DNA from: Parcubacteria bacterium RAAC4_OD1_1
GTDB taxonomy: Bacteria; Patescibacteriota; Minisyncoccia; Phycocordibacterales; UBA9973
Assembly (NCBI GenBank): GCA_000505065.1
Contig: AWSN01000001.1
Coordinates: forward strand, 626,577 to 690,576
DNA length: 64,000 bases
Direction of reading: 5' to 3'
The notes beneath the pieces are model-generated. The model saw only the letters and a list, made by a program, of their open reading frames with translations. It had not been told where the DNA came from and did no database searches. Numbering within the stretch: the first letter of the stretch is position 1; each line of letters begins with the position of its first letter. The position numbers and the translations under genes are program-made. Of this stretch, positions 51,115-60,600 are shown piece by piece.

Positions 51115-51211
51115 AAATAGTTCTTAAGAAGGGGGCGGTTGAGGCTGACGAGCCGAAACTTCAGCATAAATCTCAGTAGAGATTTTGCGGACCCTTCGAG
51201 AGAAGCTATTT
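51115..51211. repeat. 95-bp structured repeat, diverged copy 3
   Basis: Same termini AAATAGTTCT/AGAAGCTATTT, same GACG and AGTA loops, different stem sequences. Confidence 0.7.
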
Positions 51212-51240
51212 CAAAATTTTAAAGTGCTATTTAATAATTC

Positions 51241-53475
51241 CTACCCCGTCATTCCTTCACTCATACTATCTATCGACTTACCATAAACTTCTCTTGGCTT
51301 TGCTCCATTTGCAGGTCCGACTATCCCTTCATTTTCTAATTGATCTATTATCTTTGCTGCTCTTGTATATCCGAGCCCTAGTCTTCTTTGGAGTAGTGAA
51401 GTTGAGGCTTTCCCCGCTTCTATTACGATCATTTTTGCATCTTCAAATAGATCATCTTTTCCGCCACTTTCCTCTATGTTGTCTGCAAAGAGACTACTCC
51501 CACTCATTTTATCTATACTTCCTTTCAATTCTATCATATCTGGGATTTCATCGATATAGGCATCTCTTAAATATTTTACCACTTTTTTAACTTCTTCTTC
51601 TGATATAAAAGCACTTTGAAGTCTCTCTGGTTGAGGTGAATCAGCAGAAGAGTAGAGCATATCTCCAGCTCCAAGTAGTTTCTCAGCACCTCCTTGATCA
51701 AGTATTGTTCTTGAGTCTATTTGTGAAGATACTTGCAGAGCGACACGAGTAGGGATGTTGGCTTTGATTAGTCCTGTGATCACATTTACAGACGGTCTTT
51801 GGGTTGAGAGTATTAGGTGTATTCCCACTGCTCTCGACATTTGTGCGAGGCGGACTATAGCACTTTCAAGTTCTCTTGGGTAAGTTTGCATAATATCTGC
51901 AAGCTCATCTATCACGATTACTATATATGGCATCCTTTCTGCTTCACCATCTTTGCTTTTTGCATAAACAGTCGAATGGTAAGACTCGATGTCTCGGACA
52001 GATTCAGCTTGGAGTATGTCATATCTTCTATCCATTTCTCCCGCAGCCCATTTAAGTGCTAGTATTGTGTTTTTTGGGTCAGTGATAACTTCTTTGAGAA
52101 GGTGAGGTATCTTATTATAAAGTGTAAGCTCCACTCTCTTTGGGTCCACCATTATCATTCGCAAATCTTCTGGTCCGTTCCTGTAAAGTAACGATGTGAT
52201 GATAGAGTGGATGGTCACAGATTTACCCGAGCCAGTAGTTCCCGCGACTAGCATATGAGGCATTTTGGCTAGGTTGCTTATGACAGCTTTTCCAGAGAGC
52301 CCTCGCCCAAGTGCAATGGTGAGTGGTTTTGGTGAGTTTTGGAATTTCTCATCAGATAGAAGTGTCGCAAGACCAACTGTTGATTTTACTTTGTTTGGGA
52401 TTTCAATTCCGACAAGAGATTTACCAGGGATAGGGGCTTCGATACGGATGGATTTTGCAGAGAGTGCGAGTGCTAGCTCGTTTTGTAGTCCTACAATTCT
52501 CGATAGTTTGACTCCCTGTGCAGGCTTGAGTGCATACCTAGTGACGGTAGGCCCTACGGTCACTTCATCCATCTCGACAGAGATTCCAAAAGTCAAAAGA
52601 GTTCTTTGGATGATCTGCATATTACCTTTCATATCTCCGATATTTGCTTTTCCTTTATCTCTTTCAAGTAAAGACATTGGTGGTGGCACATAGTTCGTGT
52701 GAGACTTTTTTATTTTAGAATTATTTTTTATAAAGTCATCCACCTCTTCATTCTTAATAGGGGATTCCTCGTATTCTATTTGATTTTCATTTTTAGGTTC
52801 TACAGTTTCTTTTACAGGTTCTTCTTTTATTTCATTTGTAGTGTAGTCCATCCCAGAGATTTTATTTTTATTTCCAAATGGTAGACTTATGTTTATAGTA
52901 TTTAGTCTTTCCCATAATTTTTTAAATATCGGTATTAGGTTTGGCTTTTCATCGAAAAGTACAATGAGCGAGACGACGAGCACAGCTCCTAGTATGAGTA
53001 TAGATCCATAAAGTCCAAAAAGTTTTACAAATGGCCAAGCCACAATGCTCCCTACATATCCTCCATAAGTAAAGTCTATCGACTTGCCGATTCCATTACT
53101 TGTGATATCCATTATTGAAAGTAGAGAGAGAAGTAAAATGCTTCCAAAAATAATATTTTTCTTAGCAAATTCTATGACATTATTTTTCATAAAAGATATA
53201 CCTATGACGACAAGAAGGATGGGGAGTAGGTAATACCCAAATCCGAAAAATGATTTGAAACTTTTATACACGAATTCTCCAGCGATACCAGAGAGGTTAA
53301 ACATAGAGAGTATAGTGAAAACTCCAAGAACCAGGAAACCTGCTCCAAAGACACTGTATCTTGTTTCGTCTTTTATATTCATTTTACTTTTTTTATTCAC
53401 ACTTTTTTTCCCATTTTTGCGTGTATTTTTTGTTTCAATTTCTTCTTGTTCTGTTGTATCTTTTTTGGATGCCAT
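51241..53475 (-). CDS. ftsK: DNA translocase FtsK/SpoIIIE
   Basis: N-terminal TMs; AGTTGSGKS, IDELAD, gamma domain STSLLQRRLGLGYTRA. Confidence 0.97.
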   Translation of the reverse strand: MASKKDTTEQEEIETKNTRKNGKKSVNKKSKMNIKDETRYSVFGAGFLVLGVFTILSMFNLSGIAGEFVYKSFKSFFGFGYYLLPILLVVIGISFMKNNVIEFAKKNIIFGSILLLSLLSIMDITSNGIGKSIDFTYGGYVGSIVAWPFVKLFGLYGSILILGAVLVVSLIVLFDEKPNLIPIFKKLWERLNTINISLPFGNKNKISGMDYTTNEIKEEPVKETVEPKNENQIEYEESPIKNEEVDDFIKNNSKIKKSHTNYVPPPMSLLERDKGKANIGDMKGNMQIIQRTLLTFGISVEMDEVTVGPTVTRYALKPAQGVKLSRIVGLQNELALALSAKSIRIEAPIPGKSLVGIEIPNKVKSTVGLATLLSDEKFQNSPKPLTIALGRGLSGKAVISNLAKMPHMLVAGTTGSGKSVTIHSIITSLLYRNGPEDLRMIMVDPKRVELTLYNKIPHLLKEVITDPKNTILALKWAAGEMDRRYDILQAESVRDIESYHSTVYAKSKDGEAERMPYIVIVIDELADIMQTYPRELESAIVRLAQMSRAVGIHLILSTQRPSVNVITGLIKANIPTRVALQVSSQIDSRTILDQGGAEKLLGAGDMLYSSADSPQPERLQSAFISEEEVKKVVKYLRDAYIDEIPDMIELKGSIDKMSGSSLFADNIEESGGKDDLFEDAKMIVIEAGKASTSLLQRRLGLGYTRAAKIIDQLENEGIVGPANGAKPREVYGKSIDSMSEGMTG

Positions 53476-53526
53476 AGTTTAAAAATTTGATATATATTAT
53501 GTATGTATTATATCACAAATTTATCT

Positions 53527-53735
53527 CCACACCCATATTTTTATTGTTTTGAAAAACAGACAACTTTATTTTGATTTATTATAATGCGGTTTACCCCCAC
53601 ACCTACTTTTAGGTTGTCCTGCTTTTTTACAAGATAAAGATAATAATATTTTATATATTTATTGAGCATATTAGATATTATCAATGTTTCTTTATTGGCA
53701 GAACTAAAAAGCTACCTAAAAGTGGGTGTGGGGGT
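53527..53735. mobile_element. ~210-bp compound MITE unit (partial CCACACC end + complete 141-bp MITE 53594-53734); left direct repeat
   Basis: Termini CCCCCACACCTACTTTTAGG / CCTAAAAGTGGGTGTGGGGG; nearly identical to 54702-54908. Confidence 0.85.
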
Positions 53736-53816
53736 TTGCAAAGAAAAATTAAAGGTATATAATGGACACATTAAAAGACATCTGGTGGCTCGCTTCGCTC
53801 GCCACCCCAAAAAGAC

Positions 53817-54677
53817 ATGAGCCAAAAAGACATACAAAATACAAGTATAGATTCTTACGGACATATCTCAAATATGCTTGCAAATGATAGTGTTTTAGAT
53901 TTTGTCACCAAAAAGACAGAGAAGCTTGTCACCGCACTTTATATGGTCACAGATTGTATGGAGACAGACGATGCTTTGAAGTCCAAATTACGTCTTTTAG
54001 GGGTAGAACTTTTGTCCCTTACGTTTAAATTAAATACTGTTTCTCCTATTGAAAAAAAGGGGGAGATAGGCATCTCTTTGTCTAAAATAAAAGAGATAGT
54101 TTCTTTCATAGAAATAGCAGGAACTATAGGTTTTATATCTGAAATGAATACTATTGTTTTGAATAAAGAATTTGCTTCTTTAGTTAAAGAATTAGAAGAA
54201 AAAGGATCCAAAGACAAACACTTTTCTTTTGTTTTAAATGACAAGATGTTTGAAGTTCCAAACGAAGAAAAGAAAGAAGAATTTACAGTTAATAATTCTA
54301 TAAAGGACATTTATAACAAAAGGACAACATATAACGATGCTTCTGCACGTCCAATAGGGTTGTCCTTTATAAATACTAATAGTCCTTTACAAAACGGACG
54401 AATTAAGAAACCATCAAGTATGCCAAGAGATGTTTTTGAAAAAGAAAATAGAATAAATAAAATAATATCTCTCATAAAAGACTTGTCCGATACGAATTCA
54501 CAAAAAGACAAAAATTCATTAAAGACAAATGATGGTGGAGTTTCCATAAGAGACATTTCAGACTCTTTCAACAATTGCTCAGAAAAGACAATTCAAAGAG
54601 AACTAAACTCTCTAGTAGAAAAAGGTAAACTAAAAAAAACTGGCTCTAAGCGATGGTCTAGATACTCGATTAATTAG
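53817..54677 (+). CDS. Hypothetical DNA-binding protein: four-helix-bundle-like N-terminus + C-terminal winged HTH
   Basis: ALYMVTD...LKSKLR...IEIA...GFISEMN; SIRDIS...SEKTIQRELNSLVEKGKLKKTGSKRWSRY. Confidence 0.75.
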   Translation: MSQKDIQNTSIDSYGHISNMLANDSVLDFVTKKTEKLVTALYMVTDCMETDDALKSKLRLLGVELLSLTFKLNTVSPIEKKGEIGISLSKIKEIVSFIEIAGTIGFISEMNTIVLNKEFASLVKELEEKGSKDKHFSFVLNDKMFEVPNEEKKEEFTVNNSIKDIYNKRTTYNDASARPIGLSFINTNSPLQNGRIKKPSSMPRDVFEKENRINKIISLIKDLSDTNSQKDKNSLKTNDGGVSIRDISDSFNNCSEKTIQRELNSLVEKGKLKKTGSKRWSRYSIN

Positions 54678-54701
54678 TGGTTAGTATAATGGGGTTTACC
54701 C

Positions 54702-54908
54702 CCACACCTATATTTTTATTGTTTTGAAAAACAAACAGCTTTATTTTGATTATATAATGCGGTTTACCCGCACACCTACTTTTAGGTTGTCCTGCTTTTT
54801 TACAAGATAAAGATAATAATATTTTATATATTTATTGAGCATATTAGGTATTATCAATGTTTCTTTATTGGCAGAACTAAAAAGCTACCTAAAAGTGGGT
54901 GTGCGGGT
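54702..54908. mobile_element. ~210-bp compound MITE unit (complete MITE 54767-54907); right direct repeat
   Basis: Termini CCCGCACACC / GGTGTGCGGG, a compensatory change relative to the left copy. Confidence 0.85.
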
Positions 54909-54937
54909 TATCCACACCCCTAAATCCCCCTATATAT

Positions 54938-54965
54938 TTGCATATTTTTACACCTAGTATATAAT
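54938..54965 (+). promoter_or_regulatory. Putative sigma70 promoter for the long leader and surface protein gene
   Basis: TTGCAT-16 nt-TATAAT; first hairpin starts 6 nt downstream. Confidence 0.6.
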
Positions 54966-54970
54966 GTATA

Positions 54971-55597
54971 TACATATTGTCGTTGCTAGCATATTTTTGC
55001 TAGATATGATAATATGTAATATCGCTTGTATAAGGCATTAAGTCATTATAAAAGCGATGCCGATCATTGAAAATCAAATACCATTATTTTCTGATACCGA
55101 GAAGGTAGTGGCCATTTTAGTTTTCAGTCGATCGGGACTTTTTAAAATCCTTATAAATTTATTTCAAACATTTTGTATTTTGATAGAGTGCAAAATATTC
55201 CGAAATATTTTTTGCAAAGATTTTAAATTGTGTATCGGCCCTGTCGACAAGGCAGATATGCTTAAATTATTTTTTAAATAAATTAAGCAGATTGTTTATT
55301 AAGTTTGTTTACGATTCATAATTATTTTTTATCAATTTTTTTCTTATCTGTTGCTTTTGATAGAGAAGCAGGGAAGTGAATTTATTTATAAAATTTAATT
55401 TATGATTTCGGTAAAATTAATTAAGTTTCAAGTTTCAAGTATTTTGTATTTTGGATTTTTCCTTTCTACTTTCTACTTTTAACTTTCTACTTAATACAAT
55501 ACACACATATTAGTTTTTTTCTTCACATCTTTATTAATTATCAGTTGGTGATGAGGAATATGTCGAAACTAATCTAAACGTGTATAAATTATAAAAT
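54971..55597 (+). ncRNA. Candidate long structured 5' leader or ncRNA
   Basis: Consecutive hairpins with many G-U pairs on the + strand; no credible ORF. Confidence 0.55.
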
Positions 55598-57358
55598 ATG
55601 TTAAAAAAATTCTTGATCGGATCAGTCGCAGTTTTTGCACTTGGACTTGCTCTTAGTGTTTCTGCTGCTTACGATCTAGGTCCTACAACTCTTAGAGTTG
55701 GAAGTACAGGAGAGTATGTAAAGACTCTTCAAATGATAGTTGGTGCAAATGCTGATGGACAGTTTGGTCCTATGACAGCAGCAGCTGTAAAGGCATGGCA
55801 AGCAAGTCATGGTTTAGTTGCTGATGGAATAGTTGGTCCTGCTACAAAGGCAGCTATGAACGCAGGTACAACAGGTGGTACAACAACAACACCAGGATGT
55901 CCTGCAGGAGCACTCTTCAATTCAATGACAGGTGCACCATGCGGAACAACAACCCCAGGAACATTACAAGGGGGAGCAGGGGATATTGAATTATCATCTT
56001 ACTCTACAAACACAGAAGACTATGTTGTAGAAGGTGGTGAAGAAAATGTTCTTGGTTTTAAAGTAGAAGCAGTTGATTCTGATATTGCTTTAACAAGTGT
56101 TAAAGTTACATTAGAAAATCTACTAGTAGAACCAGCAACAGATCTTACAGGATCATATCGTCTAACAGACTATGCTGATTCAGTAGAAATCTACAAAGGT
56201 TCAACAAAGGTTGGAGAAGTAGACGCTTCTGATTTTACAAAGAAATCAGCTGATGGTGTTACTTATCTTAATACTTACTACACAAAAAGTGTTTCTCTTT
56301 CAGGAGTAGTTATTGAAGAAGGAGATAAAGATGCTTTCTATGTTAAAGTAGTTGCAACATCAAATCTTGATAGTTCAGATGTTGATCAAAATAATTGGGA
56401 AGTTACAGTTGGAGACATTCGTTTCCAAGATGCAACTGGTGTTATAATGTCTGATACTCAATCAGAATCAACAACTTTTGAATTTACTGATTTATCAGGA
56501 TCAGGAGATGTTGAATTGACAATATCAAAAGCAACATCAAGTCCTTCAGCAGGAAATGTTGAAGTTTCAGATACTGGAAGTACATCAAATGTTAAACTTC
56601 TTGATTTCAAACTTAAAGCAGAAGGATCAGATATGTCATTTGATCAAATGAGCGTAGTTCTTACAGCTTCAGGTGCTACAACAGCAGCTATGGTTGAAGA
56701 ATTAGTTCTTAAAAATGGATCAGATGAAATTGCTTCAACAGATACAATTGGTGTTTCTGGAGCAAATACAACATTTGATCTAGATGATATCTTTACAATT
56801 GATGCAGATTCAACAGAAACATTTAGTGTTTATGCAACAATAAAAGAAGTTGATGGAACTGACTTTATGGATGGTGATAGTTTGATTGCAAGTCTTACAG
56901 ATGCTAATATTGCAGTAGAAGATGAAAATGGTGATGTTGTTATAGATGAATCTGGTTCAGCAACAGGAGCTTCTCAATACTTCTATTCAGTAGGTGCTAT
57001 TGTTACATACATTAGTGAATCATTTACTGCAGAAGATGCAGCAGATTTTATTGATGGAACTATTTCTATCAAGTTTAATGTAGAAGCATTTGGAGACAAC
57101 GATGTTGTCTTTACTGAAGATCAATTCCCAGAAATAGCTGGAGAATTTGGTTACACTCTAGCAGGTGGAACAGTTACTGATGCTTTGATTACATCAAATG
57201 ATCTAGAAGATGATGCTGGAACATTTACAATAACAGCAGGTGGTGAAGCAGACTTTACACTTTCTGTTAAGTTTAGTGGAACATCAGGTTTCGTTACACT
57301 TCAAATTGATGAAGTTGATGGAACTACAGTTTCAAATGTTAAAACTTCAGCTCACTAA
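55598..57358 (+). CDS. Major secreted surface (S-layer-like) protein with peptidoglycan-binding domain
   Basis: Signal peptide; LRVGSTGEYVKTLQ...ADGQFGPMT..AVKAWQ..GL.ADGIVGPAT; acidic Thr/Ser-rich; codons strongly A/T-ending. Confidence 0.8.
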   Translation: MLKKFLIGSVAVFALGLALSVSAAYDLGPTTLRVGSTGEYVKTLQMIVGANADGQFGPMTAAAVKAWQASHGLVADGIVGPATKAAMNAGTTGGTTTTPGCPAGALFNSMTGAPCGTTTPGTLQGGAGDIELSSYSTNTEDYVVEGGEENVLGFKVEAVDSDIALTSVKVTLENLLVEPATDLTGSYRLTDYADSVEIYKGSTKVGEVDASDFTKKSADGVTYLNTYYTKSVSLSGVVIEEGDKDAFYVKVVATSNLDSSDVDQNNWEVTVGDIRFQDATGVIMSDTQSESTTFEFTDLSGSGDVELTISKATSSPSAGNVEVSDTGSTSNVKLLDFKLKAEGSDMSFDQMSVVLTASGATTAAMVEELVLKNGSDEIASTDTIGVSGANTTFDLDDIFTIDADSTETFSVYATIKEVDGTDFMDGDSLIASLTDANIAVEDENGDVVIDESGSATGASQYFYSVGAIVTYISESFTAEDAADFIDGTISIKFNVEAFGDNDVVFTEDQFPEIAGEFGYTLAGGTVTDALITSNDLEDDAGTFTITAGGEADFTLSVKFSGTSGFVTLQIDEVDGTTVSNVKTSAH

Positions 57359-57460
57359 TATTTTAGTGATTTGAAATTCGGTCAATACACCTTAGCCTGA
57401 TCCCGAATACAATAGGGTTGAAAGGTTAAAAAGTATTGGATTTATACACCTAAAGTATTA

Positions 57461-57490
57461 GAAAAAAGCACCCTAACGGGTGCTTTTTTC
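57461..57490 (+). terminator. Intrinsic terminator
   Basis: GAAAAAAGCACCC-TAAC-GGGTGCTTTTTTC. Confidence 0.85.
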
Positions 57491-57632
57491 ATTTCCCTTT
57501 TCCTCACCCCCATTGTCCACACCCCCCCCACTGTCCAGGCCTTGCCTGGACAGTCCAATATTATGGAAAAGTTATCCACAGTTTCTGTTAAAAAATTTTG
57601 ATTGTTGTCAAATTTTATTTTATAATTTTGTT

Positions 57633-60600
57633 ATGAAAAAACTAAAAAATAGTTCTTTTTCTTTTTATAAAAAATTTTTATCAATAATGTTTTTCTGCGC
57701 CGTCTTTACAAACGGTTTTTTTATTACCCGAGCATTTGCTTTTAATGAAGATATTACTCAAATTAATTTTGTAACACTTCCGCAAGAAATAATGCTTGAT
57801 ACTTTTTCATCTATAATTACTATCCAGGCTCAAAATACAAACGGGGAATCTTTAGCTTTAGGTGAGACGGGTCATCTTGTTTTATCTTCTACTTCATCAA
57901 CTGGTGTTTTTTATAATGCTAATTCTGATTCTTGCACGGATGAACTTACTAATCCTTTTAAATTAACTATTAATAGCAATTGGTCTAAAAAAGGTTTTTG
58001 TTATAAAGATATCACTTCCGGAACCCATACGATAACTGCTTATATTTATGAAAAAGATTGGACTCCGATCACTCAAGACATTGTGATTATTGGAGAAGAA
58101 GAATCAACCCCTAATATTTTTACTGAAATTACAGAAGATATAATAGAGGATATGACTTGGACTAAAGAAAATAGTCCTTATGTTGTAAGTTCATCTATAA
58201 ATATACAAAAAAATGCAACTTTAAATATTGAAGCAGGGGTTATTGTTAAATTTGATACAGATACATATCTCATAGTTGATGGAGCTTTGAATGCTTTAGG
58301 GACTGAAGAATTTCCAGTTGTGTTTACTTCTATAAATGACGATACTGTGGGTGGAGATACAAATGATGATGGAGAGTCTGTTGGAAGTGAAAATGATTGG
58401 GGGTCTATTTTATTTAAATCAATAGATAAAGAATCTAGATTGGAAAATAGTATAAGCCGGTATTCTTTCGGAGGAATAACTTCTTATTATAGTGCTGGTT
58501 TGGAAATTTTAGGTCTTGATATTGATAATGAAATTTTATATTTTGGATCTGTCGGTATTTTGGAAAATATAAAATCTACAGGGTTGTATTTATATGATGG
58601 AAGTGAATTGATCGTAAAAAATTTAAAAATTGAAAAAGAAAATAAATATTTAATTTTACTTGAACAAAGTAAACTTGATTTATCGGATTCTAGTATAAAT
58701 GGGAACAATACAGATCTTGTAAGTGTTTACAATAAATCAGAAGCAATTTTTGATAATGTATCTTTATCAAATATGTACGAGAAGGGAATGGTTTTTTATG
58801 TTTATCAAGAAAGTGATTTAAGTTTAAATAATAGTGATATTTTGAGTAATTATAGTGGTTTAGATATATCAAAAGGTTCTTATTTAAATTTTAAAAATTC
58901 AGTTCTTTATTGTGATAATGATGGGATATATGTTTATAATAATTCAGTTTTAGATATGGATAACGGAGAAGTATCTTGCCTTCATGATGGTATATTAATA
59001 TATGGTAATACTAATGCAAATATTAAAAATTCTAAAATATCAGATTCTTTAGATGTTGGGATTTTGGTATTTTCAAATGATTCAAATAGCGATATAAATA
59101 TTTTAAAAAGTGAGATATTTAATAATGAATATGGATTTGTGGTTTTTAATTCAGGAATAAAAGTTAATGATAATTACATACACGATAATTTTTCTTATGG
59201 AGCTTTTACTAACACTATTTTAGATTTAGATTTTACTTCAAATTTCTGGGGAGATAAAAGTGGCCCGGCACATTCTTCGAATGTGCCGGGCCTAGGCGAC
59301 TCCATTTCTGATCATATTTTATATGACCCATTCCTTAAATATAATCCTCTTGAAAAAAGAAAAGATCCAGTGATTCTTATTCCAGGGATTACGGGGACAT
59401 ATCTTTATAAAGATTATGATGATTACGATGAAATTTGGCCGAATGCAGGCAGTGTAATTTTTTCAATTAGAGATTCATTTTTAAAAGATTTATCTTTAGA
59501 TTACAATGGAGAACAAAATTTAAATAAGCCAATTATAAATGGTGATATAATTAGAAGTATTGAATCTTTGGGTGTACATGTTTTTGATTTATTAATAGAA
59601 GATTTAATAAATCAAGGATATGTTGAGAATGAAAATCTATTTGTTTTTCCTTATGATTGGAGGTTTAGCACTTTTGAAAGTTCTGATTTATTGAAAGATA
59701 AAATAGATAATATTTTATTAAATGGGGAATATGAGAAGGTGGATATTGTAGCTCATAGTATGGGAGGTCTTATTTCTAAAGAGTATATATCAAAATATGG
59801 TAAAGACAAGATTGACCAGCTTATATTCCTCGGTACTCCACAATTAGGTGCACCAAAAGCTTTTAAAGCCTTGGAGTATGGTGATAGTATGGGATTCGAA
59901 AAATTTGAAGTACCATTATTAAGACCCAAAACAGCAAAATTTATTTCTCAAAATATGCCATCTGTTTATGAGCTTTTACCAAGTAGGAAATATATAGATA
60001 AAGATGAGGGGTATATAATAGATAATAGGGATAAAGAATTTATTAGATTGGATTATGATCAGACTAAAAATTTAATGATAGAAGATGGCAGGAATCCACT
60101 TATGTATCCATTTGCAGAAGATTTGCATTCAACTATAGATGATTTAGATTTATCTGGTATGGAAACTTATAATTTTGTCGGCTGTGGATTTGGTACTATC
60201 GGGGGGATAGAATTTACAAAGAAGCTTTCTTGGAAGAAATTATTTTTAGAAGAAAAAGATGATTATAATATAATATATACAGATGGCGATGAGACAGTAC
60301 CATTAGTTTCCGCTATTAATACTATTGGCTCGAAAATTTACTTTACTAAAGGTTTTAGTCATGGATCTTTACCGACTTCACCTGAAATAAGAGAAGGGAT
60401 ACTTTCCTTATTAAAAGATGGTAATGTAGAGATGAATGAGAACATAACAGAAGATGTAACATCTTGTAAAATACTTGGTAAAATCCCATCTGTTCATAGT
60501 CCTGCTTCATTGCATATTTATGATGAAGATGGAAATCATACAGGGGTAAACGAAGATGGAGATGTGGAGTATGGAATAGAGGGGGTAAGCTTTGATATGA

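Noticed and set aside
51140-51165. Hammerhead-like CTGACGA-GCC-GAAA in repeat copy 3
   Set aside because: No stem I or NUH cleavage site is apparent, and the motif is not kept in copies 1 and 2
53480-53520. Possible dif site near ftsK
   Set aside because: Only an AT-rich partial resemblance; no convincing XerC/XerD arms
53817-54677. Diversity-generating retroelement, suggested by the Avd-like bundle
   Set aside because: No reverse transcriptase and no TR/VR pair with adenine-specific mismatches seen
53527-54908. CRISPR array
   Set aside because: Repeats are long inverted-repeat elements without regular unique spacers; no cas genes
55057-55281. 74-aa ORF inside the long leader
   Set aside because: No recognizable motif and it overlaps strong hairpins; likely spurious
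54908-57580. DnaA boxes TTATCCACA at 54908 and 57572 (also about 33464) as oriC
   Set aside because: Isolated rather than clustered, and no dnaA or dnaN in the window
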